A stretch of 39,417 nucleotides of DNA, taken from positions 1-39,417 of the IMG/VR virus record IMGVR_UViG_3300038312_000324. The stretch is one strand, 5' to 3'. The notes beneath the pieces are model-generated. The model searched no databases. It was not told the DNA's origin and saw only the letters and a list, made by a program, of their open reading frames with translations. Below, piece after piece: positions 28,028 to 36,624 of the stretch; positions within the stretch are counted from its first letter, which is position 1; each line of letters starts with the position of its first letter. Position numbers and translations under genes: made by a program. The DNA comes from a virus. Lineage: Duplodnaviria > Caudoviricetes.

Positions 28028-29944
28028 TTAAACCTTTTCAAACCAGTACTCCAATCTTTGAGTGCGTCCAATGCGTGTTTGCATTCCATAGCGTTGTTCT
28101 AGCACGTTTTTTACGTTCATAATTCGACGCCCAAAAGACCTCACACTTTTCGGCCAGGTGCTGTCTGGTTTCTCTAATCCAAACAATGATTTTTGCGCTT
28201 CTTTGTGCAGTTCACGTGCAGTAACCCATTTGTTTAGATTGGATCCAATAGACAATGACGAATAAGAAGAATCGTTAAGCCATGCGTCAATCGCTTCAAT
28301 AACTACATCGCCTTCTGCAAGGAAATCATCCTGGTTCTTTTTGAGTTCCGCAACAATATCATCCCATAACGGTTCCTGGTTTGCCTGGATACTCATTAAG
28401 CGTCCCAGTGCTTCCCAGTCGGCCATGCGAAGTGGTGAAGTAATAGGAAGCTCATTGGTTTGCAGTTCTTTTACGACTGCGTTTAAGTCATGTAAAAGCC
28501 TTCCCCACCACTCAGAACGCAATGTATCAACGTCTGAAAGAAATAAGCTTTCACGGCGTCGGTCAATGTCTTCGACCCGGCCAAGCTGAAGAAGTAAAAG
28601 GCGGTCTGCAAGGTCATCACGGCGTAAAGTATCGGGCGTTCGTGCGGTAACTGCGATCCAACAACGGTATATCAATGTTCCCATTTCCTTTGAAGTGTAG
28701 AGCTTGCGATATTCGTCTTGGGCTCCTGTGGCGATCCTTGCAAGCTTATCCTGTAACCAGGGCTCTAAAGTGTCGAGATTGTCCATCGCGTAAAGGTGAT
28801 AGTGCGCAGCGGTTACGCTAAATGCGTCTGGTTTGTCTGGAACGCCTGAAACCTGTGAATATTCCCCGAATAGGAGCCTGAGTAACAAGCGCAACGCCAT
28901 GGATTTTCCAGACCCTTTTTCACCTAGCATAACCAAAATAGGACGTGTCGGACATAACTCAGTAAAAAAGATGCTTTGTGTCCATATTTTATAAGCCCAT
29001 GAATACATTGGTTTTTGCCATTTTGGCATTGTCGAAATAGTATCTGTGGCGTTTTTATCAGGTTTAACAAGAATAGGTTCGTATGGTTGCCATATACTGA
29101 GATCATCAAATATAACTGGACCATCGCCATTGTTTTTTAGAGTTATTGTGTCGCCATCCAGGCAGTAAACACGTCCATCAAAGCGGCTTACCCAAAGTAG
29201 TTTTGTATCAGTGTCAAAGTAGGCTAATCGAACAACTTCTTTGAGCTCGCCATTGAGGGATGCCGCACTTTTGCAGGCATTAGCGAGTACCGAGAATGGT
29301 CTGGTGGCCGGACTGATACAGGTTAGTTGATGTAACCAGGCATGCCATCTTTCGGTGTCATGTTCGTATAGGGTATGAGACGAATGCCATAGATAGTAAA
29401 GATCACCTTCTGGTGTGCGGATAAATTTTCCCGCGTCGTTTAGCCAATCAAGCAAAGCAGATTCAGCATTGGAATGACGGATACTAGCAGTCACACCTTT
29501 TGTTGGTGTCAGGATATGCTCAAGCAATGCAACTAATTTGGGATCCGGCGGCTTCATCAGTGGGTTTCCCAATCGTCTTGCACGGTTCGCGCTAAATCGG
29601 CTTCCAATCTTCACGCCTTGGTATCGGGTTTGAAGTTCTTGCTGGATGCGCCCTAGAAGGCCAGTAATCGCAAGGTGAAGATCAGTTCCTAGAGCCTCAC
29701 TTACTTGTTTTACTGAGTTCGAAATGTCACCAGGATTACTATGCATGTCATGCCACATATCGCGCCACGGATCGCATAAACAAGCAGGCGGATTGGGAGC
29801 CTGATCCACATCAAGAGCGGTTGCAATAATCTCAAGCTCCTCAATCCAGGTGTCAGCATCTAAACTTCCATAACTGGCCACCAATGCCGCGCGATCACTA
29901 TCCGGTATTTTTAGTTTTATTAAGTAATCGTTTAGTGTTGTCAT
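28028..29944 (-). CDS. P-loop replicative helicase (D5/SF3-like) with a C-terminal winged helix
   Basis: Walker A GEKGSGKS, AMDN Walker B and an RKLYT...DLADR arginine-finger region. Confidence 0.75.
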   Translation of the reverse strand: MTTLNDYLIKLKIPDSDRAALVASYGSLDADTWIEELEIIATALDVDQAPNPPACLCDPWRDMWHDMHSNPGDISNSVKQVSEALGTDLHLAITGLLGRIQQELQTRYQGVKIGSRFSANRARRLGNPLMKPPDPKLVALLEHILTPTKGVTASIRHSNAESALLDWLNDAGKFIRTPEGDLYYLWHSSHTLYEHDTERWHAWLHQLTCISPATRPFSVLANACKSAASLNGELKEVVRLAYFDTDTKLLWVSRFDGRVYCLDGDTITLKNNGDGPVIFDDLSIWQPYEPILVKPDKNATDTISTMPKWQKPMYSWAYKIWTQSIFFTELCPTRPILVMLGEKGSGKSMALRLLLRLLFGEYSQVSGVPDKPDAFSVTAAHYHLYAMDNLDTLEPWLQDKLARIATGAQDEYRKLYTSKEMGTLIYRCWIAVTARTPDTLRRDDLADRLLLLQLGRVEDIDRRRESLFLSDVDTLRSEWWGRLLHDLNAVVKELQTNELPITSPLRMADWEALGRLMSIQANQEPLWDDIVAELKKNQDDFLAEGDVVIEAIDAWLNDSSYSSLSIGSNLNKWVTARELHKEAQKSLFGLEKPDSTWPKSVRSFGRRIMNVKNVLEQRYGMQTRIGRTQRLEYWFEKV

Positions 29945-29953
29945 AAGTAGAAG

Positions 29954-30403
29954 CTAGAGGAACTTTGATAGATCTGAAGCAATCCTAGCGTCATTCCCTT
30001 TTATGATTGTGGCAAAAGGAACGAGTTCTGGTTTTTTCTCATTGTCCTTTGCAAATTTTTCAAGCAACTTTAGATCAAGAACCTCACTAATAGCTACTGG
30101 CATGTTTTCACGTGCCCAGGTCATGGCTTTATCATTATAAATTTCAATGTTCGTAGTATCAATAAGCCATGCGGCTTTGAAAGGCGGCATGAATTCTTTG
30201 TCTTCAAGCAGACCTTGTTTAAGTTGGTTTTGAAGTGCTGTAACGCGTTTGCCAGTCTCAGTAGCGGTTTCCTTCGCACTAAGAAAAGGCTCGCTTGTTT
30301 CAAAGTCCTTTTTTAGTTTCGAAAACAAACTGCACGCGCTTTCATTGGCTAATCTTGCTTCATGCAGTTCTTTTACAAGTCCTAAAAACATTTCGTTATT
30401 CAT
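29954..30403 (-). CDS. Hypothetical phage early protein (coiled-coil)
   Basis: ORF in the operon. ATG at 30403 follows AAGGAG. Confidence 0.55.
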   Translation of the reverse strand: MNNEMFLGLVKELHEARLANESACSLFSKLKKDFETSEPFLSAKETATETGKRVTALQNQLKQGLLEDKEFMPPFKAAWLIDTTNIEIYNDKAMTWARENMPVAISEVLDLKLLEKFAKDNEKKPELVPFATIIKGNDARIASDLSKFL

Positions 30404-30647
30404 TATCAGTCTCCTTTTTGTTGTCTGTATCGACGCGTTCAGACAGGCTTTGTTCAACCAGGATTTTGAGTTCCTTTTCAGATTCGCACAGTATTTGTTT
30501 GTACTTACTTATCTCTTTTTCAGCATTACTAATCGCTAGTCGAGACCAGTAATTTTGGTCTTCCAATCTCTTAATATGTGAGTGTGAATTCAACATCTTA
30601 TTTGCGATTTTGGAAAAATTCTCAATAAACAATTCACTCATAGTCAT
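30396..30647 (-). CDS. Hypothetical protein
   Basis: RBS AAGGAG; overlaps the next gene. Confidence 0.55.
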   Translation of the reverse strand: MTMSELFIENFSKIANKMLNSHSHIKRLEDQNYWSRLAISNAEKEISKYKQILCESEKELKILVEQSLSERVDTDNKKETDNE

Positions 30648-30660
30648 TTTTTCTCCTTCC

Positions 30661-31227
30661 TTATCCAGCCATCAAATACTGGACGCTTTTACTGAGTTCA
30701 CGGGCGGTATCAGCTGTAATCGTTTGCCCGCCTGTAACATTGGCTAATTTGTGAAGAAAATCACGGCCATATGGCCTTTGTTCTGGACCTACATAAATCA
30801 CGGATATTTTGTTCTTGTAAGTCCTGGCAACTTCCAATACTGTATCTGGTTTGTTTGGCTCACCATCACTGATAACTATGATGTTCATACCTGGAATATC
30901 GGCGATTTTCGCATACCGCAATGCGCCTGCAAGATCTGTTCCGCCACCTTCGAAGAACGGCACACCGCCAGGACAAAACTCAGAATTGTCTGAGAAAGCA
31001 ATAACGGCTACTTTTCCAGGGTTCTGCTTTTGAATGAAGGCAAGCTCCTTACACGCTACTGAGTAACGGCTTTGCCCGCCTGTGGAGTCGAGCGTGCCCA
31101 TAGATCCTGATACATCAACGATAGTTACCACTTTGGCATGCATGAAGGTTTGGGCAATGGATTTGCCTGTTGTTTTCGCAACGTCCGCAATGGAGCCTGG
31201 TACTATTTGATTCATGGTATTTAACAT
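30661..31227 (-). CDS. Stand-alone von Willebrand factor A (vWA) domain protein
   Basis: MIDAS motif DVSGSM, GGTDL and ISDG. Start reassigned to ATG 31227, which follows GAAAGGA. Confidence 0.85.
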   Translation of the reverse strand: MLNTMNQIVPGSIADVAKTTGKSIAQTFMHAKVVTIVDVSGSMGTLDSTGGQSRYSVACKELAFIQKQNPGKVAVIAFSDNSEFCPGGVPFFEGGGTDLAGALRYAKIADIPGMNIIVISDGEPNKPDTVLEVARTYKNKISVIYVGPEQRPYGRDFLHKLANVTGGQTITADTARELSKSVQYLMAG

Positions 31228-31465
31228 TTTTTTCCTTTCTAAATAAAAGCACGTATTAGTAATGCGAAGAGAAACACAATCGCCAAAGCGATTAATACAA
31301 GTCCCATCAAAAGCACACATCCAACACCAGCGTCTGGATCTGGGACACGATTTGTCATCCGACACCTTTTACCCTCACCTCTCTCTCGCCATGCAATCTC
31401 ATTTGTTTTCATTCTTTTCCTTTTCTACTCAGTAATCCAAGAAAGTATTTCTTTACCGAACATAG

Positions 31466-31678
31466 CTACCTAACTACTTTCCACGCCTTAATCACCTCTT
31501 GTCCATGACATACCAAGTTGTAAACTTCATGGCGATCGGAGTAGTGTGACTTGATTTCACCTAGAATAGTTTCGATTTCTGTTACTAATCCTTGCATACT
31601 TAGTAAATCGTCTTGCAACACGCCTAATTCCAGGCTCATTTTCATATTCTCTACTTCAAGGTCTCTAGACTTCTTCAT
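31466..31678 (-). CDS. Hypothetical protein
   Basis: ORF in the operon with a GAGG RBS. Confidence 0.5.
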   Translation of the reverse strand: MKKSRDLEVENMKMSLELGVLQDDLLSMQGLVTEIETILGEIKSHYSDRHEVYNLVCHGQEVIKAWKVVR

Positions 31679-31904
31679 TCATTACCTCATTCAAGTACAC
31701 ACCTAAAGCTGCAAGCAGTTCCAACGCACTATTAAGACCAATGCCTGTTGGCTTTCCTCTCATATGGTTGAGTTCAGCGATAAGATTTTTAGCGATTTCC
31801 ACAATCTCATCATCATCGTTTGCAACTTCAACTACGGTCGTTTGCCACAATTTGGCATTTTCTTTAATAAGATGTGTTTTCATTAGACCCACTCTTCTAA
31901 TCAA
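31665..31904 (-). CDS. Hypothetical protein
   Basis: ORF overlapping its neighbours in the operon. Confidence 0.5.
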   Translation of the reverse strand: MIRRVGLMKTHLIKENAKLWQTTVVEVANDDDEIVEIAKNLIAELNHMRGKPTGIGLNSALELLAALGVYLNEVMNEEV

Positions 31905-32370
31905 CTATAGGATTAAGAACAGCAAATTCACCAAACAACTCATAGGCAGCGATGTTATAAGCCATAGCCGCTTCTTCTGGTTTTTCAAAATAACCTAAAT
32001 GGTATTGCTTTTTGTCACTCTTTATGTATGCTTTCCATTTTTTAGCATGAGGCCGCCAAATTACACCTCTGTATGGAGAGCTAGCGCCCTCAATTCTTTT
32101 GCGGTTTCGGTTATTATTTTTTCGACTGGTCACTCGTAAGTTATTTTTTCTGTTATCAAGTCTGTTTCTGTTTTTATGGTCAATGATTGCGCCAGATGCG
32201 CAAGGAAGGATGATCCGATGTAAAAACAACATCTTCCGTTTTCCTTCATGCTTTCTGCCCATTCGCACCGCATAACCCTTATATTCGTACCAGCTGAAAC
32301 CAATAACTTTTGATAAGTCATCATCATCAATTAATGCAATATTTCCAGAGTTCAAATATATTTCTGCCAT
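31897..32370 (-). CDS. HNH endonuclease with an AP2 domain
   Basis: LHR.I...IDHKNRNRLDNRKNNLR (HNH) and SSPYRGV.W...W.AYI...HLGYF...AA.AY (AP2). Confidence 0.92.
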   Translation of the reverse strand: MAEIYLNSGNIALIDDDDLSKVIGFSWYEYKGYAVRMGRKHEGKRKMLFLHRIILPCASGAIIDHKNRNRLDNRKNNLRVTSRKNNNRNRKRIEGASSPYRGVIWRPHAKKWKAYIKSDKKQYHLGYFEKPEEAAMAYNIAAYELFGEFAVLNPIVD

Positions 32371-33425
32371 TACACACCGCCAAATAATTTTGACGCCACT
32401 CCCGATATCTCCGCGTCTGTTGAGGGTAACGCACCGCCATTGGCTTCAATAACCGCTGGTTCACCAAACGCTGCCAATAGGTCAGACAATCCAACAGTCG
32501 GCTTTGGCGCTCGTTTTGCTTCCAGTTCAAGCCTTCGTGCTTCGTTTTCGTCTTGAACCTTGATATCGGCTTCAACGCGATTGATTCTTAATGCGTCCTT
32601 TTGATCAGCAGTTAGGACACCGTCCAGGATTGAAAGCTCAAAAGCATTTGGCACTTCATCAGCACTTGGCTCATTATCACCAATTGGCTTATCCCAATAC
32701 TCTAAAATTCTTGGCCATGTGCAAGGGTTGATTTTTCGGGGCAACACATTGATGGGAACAATTCCTTGAGGTCCAACTTCTACTTTACTTAGTCGCTTGA
32801 GCACAAGCCCAATCGGAGCCGGTCCATTAGGATTATGACGAAGCCAAAGCCGAATTCTTGATTTTTCCACCACCGGTTTCTTGCAATCCGGCACCTGCGC
32901 ACCCGTTTTGACCGCACCAATATTGTGGTCTTTGAGGTGCGTACTCAGTATGACCAGCGGCGCAATTTGGAGCAATCGGTCAATGACAATAGCTTCATAA
33001 TCAAAAGACGCTTTCCAAATTTCCGCGCCCTTGATATCACCGCGTGGTGAATAAAACTGTTTGAACCGCATAGGATCCTTTTGCACAACAGGGTGAAAAG
33101 TATTTTCGAACCGCGTCCACGTATCAAAAATAAGCACCTTGAAAGACTTTCCTTCAAGCTTATCCAGTTCGCTCATCACTAAGTCATGGAACTCGATTTC
33201 TCGCATACCCAAAGATTTCTTGGTCAAGTTGACATAGTGCCCAAATGGCGTACCAGCCGCCTTCAACTGATCTGCAATTGATTGTGTTTTGAGATCGTCA
33301 TCAAAAAATGCGATCTCGGATGGAGCAAAGCCTGTGCTAAGCGCAAAGGTTGTTTTGCCTGTGTCTGGCTCACCCGTAATGTGAACAAGGCCAGTAATAG
33401 GATTGTGTTTTGTTAGAGTTTTCAT
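32370..33425 (-). CDS. P-loop ATPase (AAA_24/Sak4-like recombination protein)
   Basis: GEPDTGKTT Walker A, LIFD Walker B and ILSTH. Lies in the early recombination module. Confidence 0.7.
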   Translation of the reverse strand: MKTLTKHNPITGLVHITGEPDTGKTTFALSTGFAPSEIAFFDDDLKTQSIADQLKAAGTPFGHYVNLTKKSLGMREIEFHDLVMSELDKLEGKSFKVLIFDTWTRFENTFHPVVQKDPMRFKQFYSPRGDIKGAEIWKASFDYEAIVIDRLLQIAPLVILSTHLKDHNIGAVKTGAQVPDCKKPVVEKSRIRLWLRHNPNGPAPIGLVLKRLSKVEVGPQGIVPINVLPRKINPCTWPRILEYWDKPIGDNEPSADEVPNAFELSILDGVLTADQKDALRINRVEADIKVQDENEARRLELEAKRAPKPTVGLSDLLAAFGEPAVIEANGGALPSTDAEISGVASKLFGGV

Positions 33426-33450
33426 TGTTTACCTTTCTTTTTTGATTTGA

Positions 33451-34179
33451 TTATTGATTTACAATCACAAGCCGCTCATCGTCTTTCAATCGCATTGCGG
33501 CTCGAATTCTTCTATTCACAATTAGAGGGATCCCTTTATATTCTTGATCAGGATCAGTAAGCCCAACTAACGCCCATCCTGCTTGACCGCCCGCATAGTC
33601 CATGACTGTTTTTAAACGCTCAACACCTATGCCTGGCAACGAGGCAATAATTTGGTGCGCTGGACCTAAAATATTAGGCGGTTTGGGCGGTAAAATTTGT
33701 GTCTCAGGTTTACGTTTCCGTGCGGCTAATAGCATGACCGTTTTTTCATACGAGTCGTTATCAGCAGTAAAAACCACCGCCGTTCCCATTTCCTGTATAC
33801 TGAGTAGCGCGCCCATAACGGAGTTCCAGTTCCATCCAGTAACGCCGCGCTGAGTGATGACCTTCCCTGTAGATCCTGGATAAAAAGCGCCGGAAATAAC
33901 CAGGTAAGGCCAAACGGAATCCATCGTATTAAAAGCCAACTGCGCTTCAAGTCTGGCCGTTGCGCACTTCGCGCTTTGCATCATCAAACGGTCGCTTTTT
34001 AGGCTATTAAGAAAATCGTCTGCTGTTTTGCGTTCGATGATCAATGTGGTGTCATCATCACAAAGAACGTGCAAATCGCCAAAGTCCAACGCTGCTACTG
34101 TAGTCGGCACACCGCCGAATTTCAGATTTTGAACCCATTCTGGTTCCCGTGAGTCAATGACTACTGCTGTTATTCCCAT
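33451..34179 (-). CDS. ERCC4-domain nuclease with a helix-hairpin-helix
   Basis: IDSRE, GD, IERK...D...S...R...Q and LPGIG. Confidence 0.85.
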   Translation of the reverse strand: MGITAVVIDSREPEWVQNLKFGGVPTTVAALDFGDLHVLCDDDTTLIIERKTADDFLNSLKSDRLMMQSAKCATARLEAQLAFNTMDSVWPYLVISGAFYPGSTGKVITQRGVTGWNWNSVMGALLSIQEMGTAVVFTADNDSYEKTVMLLAARKRKPETQILPPKPPNILGPAHQIIASLPGIGVERLKTVMDYAGGQAGWALVGLTDPDQEYKGIPLIVNRRIRAAMRLKDDERLVIVNQ

Positions 34180-34210
34180 GATATTCCTTTACTCAGTAAG
34201 ATAAATTCAA

Positions 34211-34276
34211 GGTGCGCCCTGGAGTCGAACCAGGCAAGTGAAAAAGGGGGAAAAACACTTGGGCCATCCGCGCACA
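34211..34276 (-). ncRNA. tRNA-like structured RNA (not a canonical tRNA)
   Basis: GUGCGC/GCGCAC acceptor-like stem, T arm CCUGG-UUCGACU-CCAGG and a CAAGUG/CACUUG stem with a U5C5U5 loop. No D arm. Intergenic. Confidence 0.65.
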
Positions 34277-34288
34277 GGAGGAGATTGA

Positions 34289-34447
34289 CTACCAATCCAA
34301 AGAAGCTAAAAATTGGATGGTTGCTTCTTCATCGCGCTCTTTGGCAAGTTCATAAGCTTCCTTTTCACTGTAATCGCCAGGATGCTCTACGTAGGCGCGT
34401 ATGAAATTCTCTTTGTAGATACAGGTAACTTCCACATCGCATTTCAT
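34289..34447 (-). CDS. Hypothetical 52-aa protein (not in the ORF track)
   Basis: Hand translation MKCDVEVTCIYKENFIRAYVEHPGDYSEKEAYELAKERDEEATIQFLASLDW. ATGA overlap with the upstream gene. Confidence 0.5.
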   Translation of the reverse strand: MKCDVEVTCIYKENFIRAYVEHPGDYSEKEAYELAKERDEEATIQFLASLDW

Positions 34448-35112
34448 GCTGCTACCGCCATTTCTTGTTGCACCATTGCCAAGAGTTCAGCCGAATCAAG
34501 CGTGAAATGCTTTGAAACAACCGGTGATTTTGGAAGACTACTTCTAAGTGCGTTCAGGACCCCGACAAGGTCTTTGCTGCCTTTTACGGCTGTACGGACC
34601 ATTTGGCCGAGTAATGCGGTTGCGACTTCCTTATCTTGATCACCTTGTTGCTCAGTTGGAACATCTGCTGTTTGCGTGTCATCTTCGAAGAGGGCATCTT
34701 CCAAACATGAAGCTTCGTCTTGGTAGACCTTTTCAAAATGAATGTAGGTCTTGTTCTTTTCCTCACCGGCCGCATTTACATATGTCTCGCCGGTCGGTTT
34801 GAACGAAATCTTCACGAATTTCTGATCAACCTCAGATGGCTCAATTCCAAGCTCCTTAATTGAAGCCTGGGTAAGCTTCCACTCATTGGAAGTTTGGATC
34901 ATAGAGCGTTCTGCAGTTCGTGCGTTCGCGCCCGTCAAAGGAATAATTGAAAGGTCAATCGCCCACACCATGCGTTTATGCATGACTGGATCAAACTCAA
35001 CCTTCCCTTGGCCTTTCACCAGCGCGGCTTTCCACACAGTCACATAGGCCTGTCCCCAAAGCTCAAAACTTGGGGCTACGACTTCTTCATTCAAAATATC
35101 TAAATTGTTCAT
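34444..35112 (-). CDS. Hypothetical early protein, possibly ssDNA-binding
   Basis: Beta-rich N-terminal domain and acidic linker, near the ATPase/ERCC4 genes. The function is inferred from position only. Confidence 0.45.
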   Translation of the reverse strand: MNNLDILNEEVVAPSFELWGQAYVTVWKAALVKGQGKVEFDPVMHKRMVWAIDLSIIPLTGANARTAERSMIQTSNEWKLTQASIKELGIEPSEVDQKFVKISFKPTGETYVNAAGEEKNKTYIHFEKVYQDEASCLEDALFEDDTQTADVPTEQQGDQDKEVATALLGQMVRTAVKGSKDLVGVLNALRSSLPKSPVVSKHFTLDSAELLAMVQQEMAVAA

Positions 35113-35128
35113 TGTTTTTTCCTTTCGC

Positions 35129-35515
35129 TTATCTATTTCTCGGATTTGTGTATTGATTATGTTTCGGGGGCTTAGGCTCCCGCTCTAACATCTCTTTGGG
35201 TACCGCCCGGTATACAACCGGACCAACTTCCTCAACAACAGGGCGTTTCCACAGGTAAATGCGCTTTCCCCTCAATGCGCTCGACACAACGCCCCTTCCA
35301 TAAATGCTATGTGCGTTACTCATGTGGTTAATTCGTAACTGGCGCATCACTTCAATTGGCATATCTTCCGGATAAACCGCGCACAAAATCTCACCCTCTT
35401 CCAACGCGTTTAGGCGTTGCGTAAACTCTGAAACTTGTGGCTTCGGTAAATTTGGCACATACGCCGGACTTTCGAACCCAATAGGCTCCGGTCTTTCGGT
35501 TTTTGTTTTTTCCAT
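35129..35515 (-). CDS. Hypothetical protein
   Basis: ORF with an AAGGA RBS in the early operon. Confidence 0.55.
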   Translation of the reverse strand: MEKTKTERPEPIGFESPAYVPNLPKPQVSEFTQRLNALEEGEILCAVYPEDMPIEVMRQLRINHMSNAHSIYGRGVVSSALRGKRIYLWKRPVVEEVGPVVYRAVPKEMLEREPKPPKHNQYTNPRNR

Positions 35516-35651
35516 TTCTTATCCTTTTTTTGCTATGTTTGTTGTTTAAGTTATGCTCAATTTTTTCAACAATCCATGCCACCAACGCAATCGGTGGGGC
35601 TATTAACGTCCAAATTACAAACCATGCAGCTATGAAATCGCCGATGTTCAT
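35391..35651 (-). CDS. Small membrane protein
   Basis: Hydrophobic N-terminal helix and ATGA coupling. The long 3' overlap with the next gene makes the C-terminus doubtful. Confidence 0.4.
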   Translation of the reverse strand: MNIGDFIAAWFVIWTLIAPPIALVAWIVEKIEHNLNNKHSKKRIRNGKNKNRKTGAYWVRKSGVCAKFTEATSFRVYATPKRVGRG

Positions 35652-35836
35652 GGCAGATCCTGTTCTTGAACCGCGTCATCCTTTACCAAGGAAACACGCC
35701 TGTCTGGGATAACTCGCCCACATATTTCGCAAATGTCTAAAAGTCCAACAAATGGCCAACGGGCGTTTCTTGGGTGATCGCAATCCTCATACTCAGTAAA
35801 GTAATCCTTCAATGCGTCCTGGGCTGTTTTCATCAT
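35648..35836 (-). CDS. Small putative zinc-binding protein
   Basis: CDH...CEICG motif; translationally coupled. Confidence 0.5.
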   Translation of the reverse strand: MMKTAQDALKDYFTEYEDCDHPRNARWPFVGLLDICEICGRVIPDRRVSLVKDDAVQEQDLP

Positions 35837-36003
35837 TCGCTCATTTTCTTGTTTCCAAATTTCCGCGCGTGCTCCTCTTCAATCAAAGTTCTGATCAAAG
35901 CGGATCGGTTTTTCTCAGTATCCAGCTCGTTCATCTTGCGGATTACACTGTCCGAAAGAGAAAAAGTAATAACGCGGTTAATATCTGTGCTCGTGTCTGT
36001 CAT
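35833..36003 (-). CDS. Ribbon-helix-helix (CopG/Arc-like) DNA-binding protein, 56 aa (not in the ORF track)
   Basis: Hand translation MTDTSTDINRVITFSLSDSVIRKMNELDTEKNRSALIRTLIEEEHARKFGNKKMSE shows an alternating beta strand, helix A and an 'NRSALIR' helix B. RBS GAAAGGAG. Confidence 0.75.
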   Translation of the reverse strand: MTDTSTDINRVITFSLSDSVIRKMNELDTEKNRSALIRTLIEEEHARKFGNKKMSE

Positions 36004-36055
36004 TGGGCTCCTTTCTTATCTAAGGTAAAATCAAACTAAAAAAATGAGGTGATTC

Positions 36056-36295
36056 ATGAAACCATCCTTCACAAACTGGCTCCGTGCTCAAGAACATCGT
36101 GATGATCACATCGGTCATCTTTCTGTTGAGATAAATCGAGAAGCTGTTTGGCCAGGGCACTCGATACCTGACAAAGACGCGGGAATCTCCCAGTGGCGTC
36201 AACACCTTCGACTAGTCTCACAAAATCCTCTGGTACATCAAGCTCTGGAAGCGGCTTGGCAGGAATATCGAGCCTCGTTTGGCAAAAATGCCTGA
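36056..36295 (+). CDS. YozE-like (SAM-like) protein
   Basis: SF..WL..Q..RDD.IG.L......WP...AW.EY pattern. RBS GAGGTG. Confidence 0.7.
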   Translation: MKPSFTNWLRAQEHRDDHIGHLSVEINREAVWPGHSIPDKDAGISQWRQHLRLVSQNPLVHQALEAAWQEYRASFGKNA

Positions 36296-36524
36296 TCTGA
36301 AGCTCTGTCTGTAAAGCCCACTCCATCGCTTGGGTGTCTATCTTTGCGCCTTTCGGAAAAAACTTATAGTAAATCCGCAAGGCCTCTTCCCCGCTGAACA
36401 AATACGCCACGGGGCTATATAAAGGTCTGTATAATCTAAAATCATTCTCCATCTCTTACTGTCCTTTCCTTTGTTTGTCGGTCATTAGAGACCTCCTCGA
36501 AACAATGTCTTTCGGCATTTTATT

Positions 36525-36597
36525 CTTGACTTTAGTCATTATTATACAGATAATAAATTGTTTGTCAAGAGCCAATACTTACTTGACCATAGTCATT
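36525..36597. promoter_or_regulatory. Lysis-lysogeny switch: overlapping opposed promoters and two operator-like repeats
   Basis: Leftward TTGACA(36568-63)-16-TATAAT(36546-41) and rightward TTGACT(36526-31)-17-GATAAT(36549-54). CTTGACnnTAGTCATT (core TGAC-N4-GTCA) occurs at 36525-36540 and 36582-36597. Confidence 0.7.
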
Positions 36598-36624
36598 TTA
36601 CGAGAGGTTAGAATGTTTCTATAT

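Noticed and set aside
27847-28089. 80-aa ORF between the helicase and primase
   Set aside because: It runs across the inverted-repeat, AT-rich origin-like region, overlaps the helicase and has no clear RBS.
34211-34276. Functional phage tRNA gene
   Set aside because: It has no D arm, no 7-nt anticodon loop and only a 6-bp acceptor stem. It is kept as a tRNA-like RNA instead.
36475-36612. N-terminal extension of the repressor ORF in the track
   Set aside because: It spans the promoter/operator region. The HTH domain starts after ATG 36613/36625.
36453-36624. TACTSAGTA as the classical CI operator
   Set aside because: The switch region has no copy of it and instead has TGAC-N4-GTCA repeats. 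Repressor binding to the dispersed motif is not excluded but is not supported.
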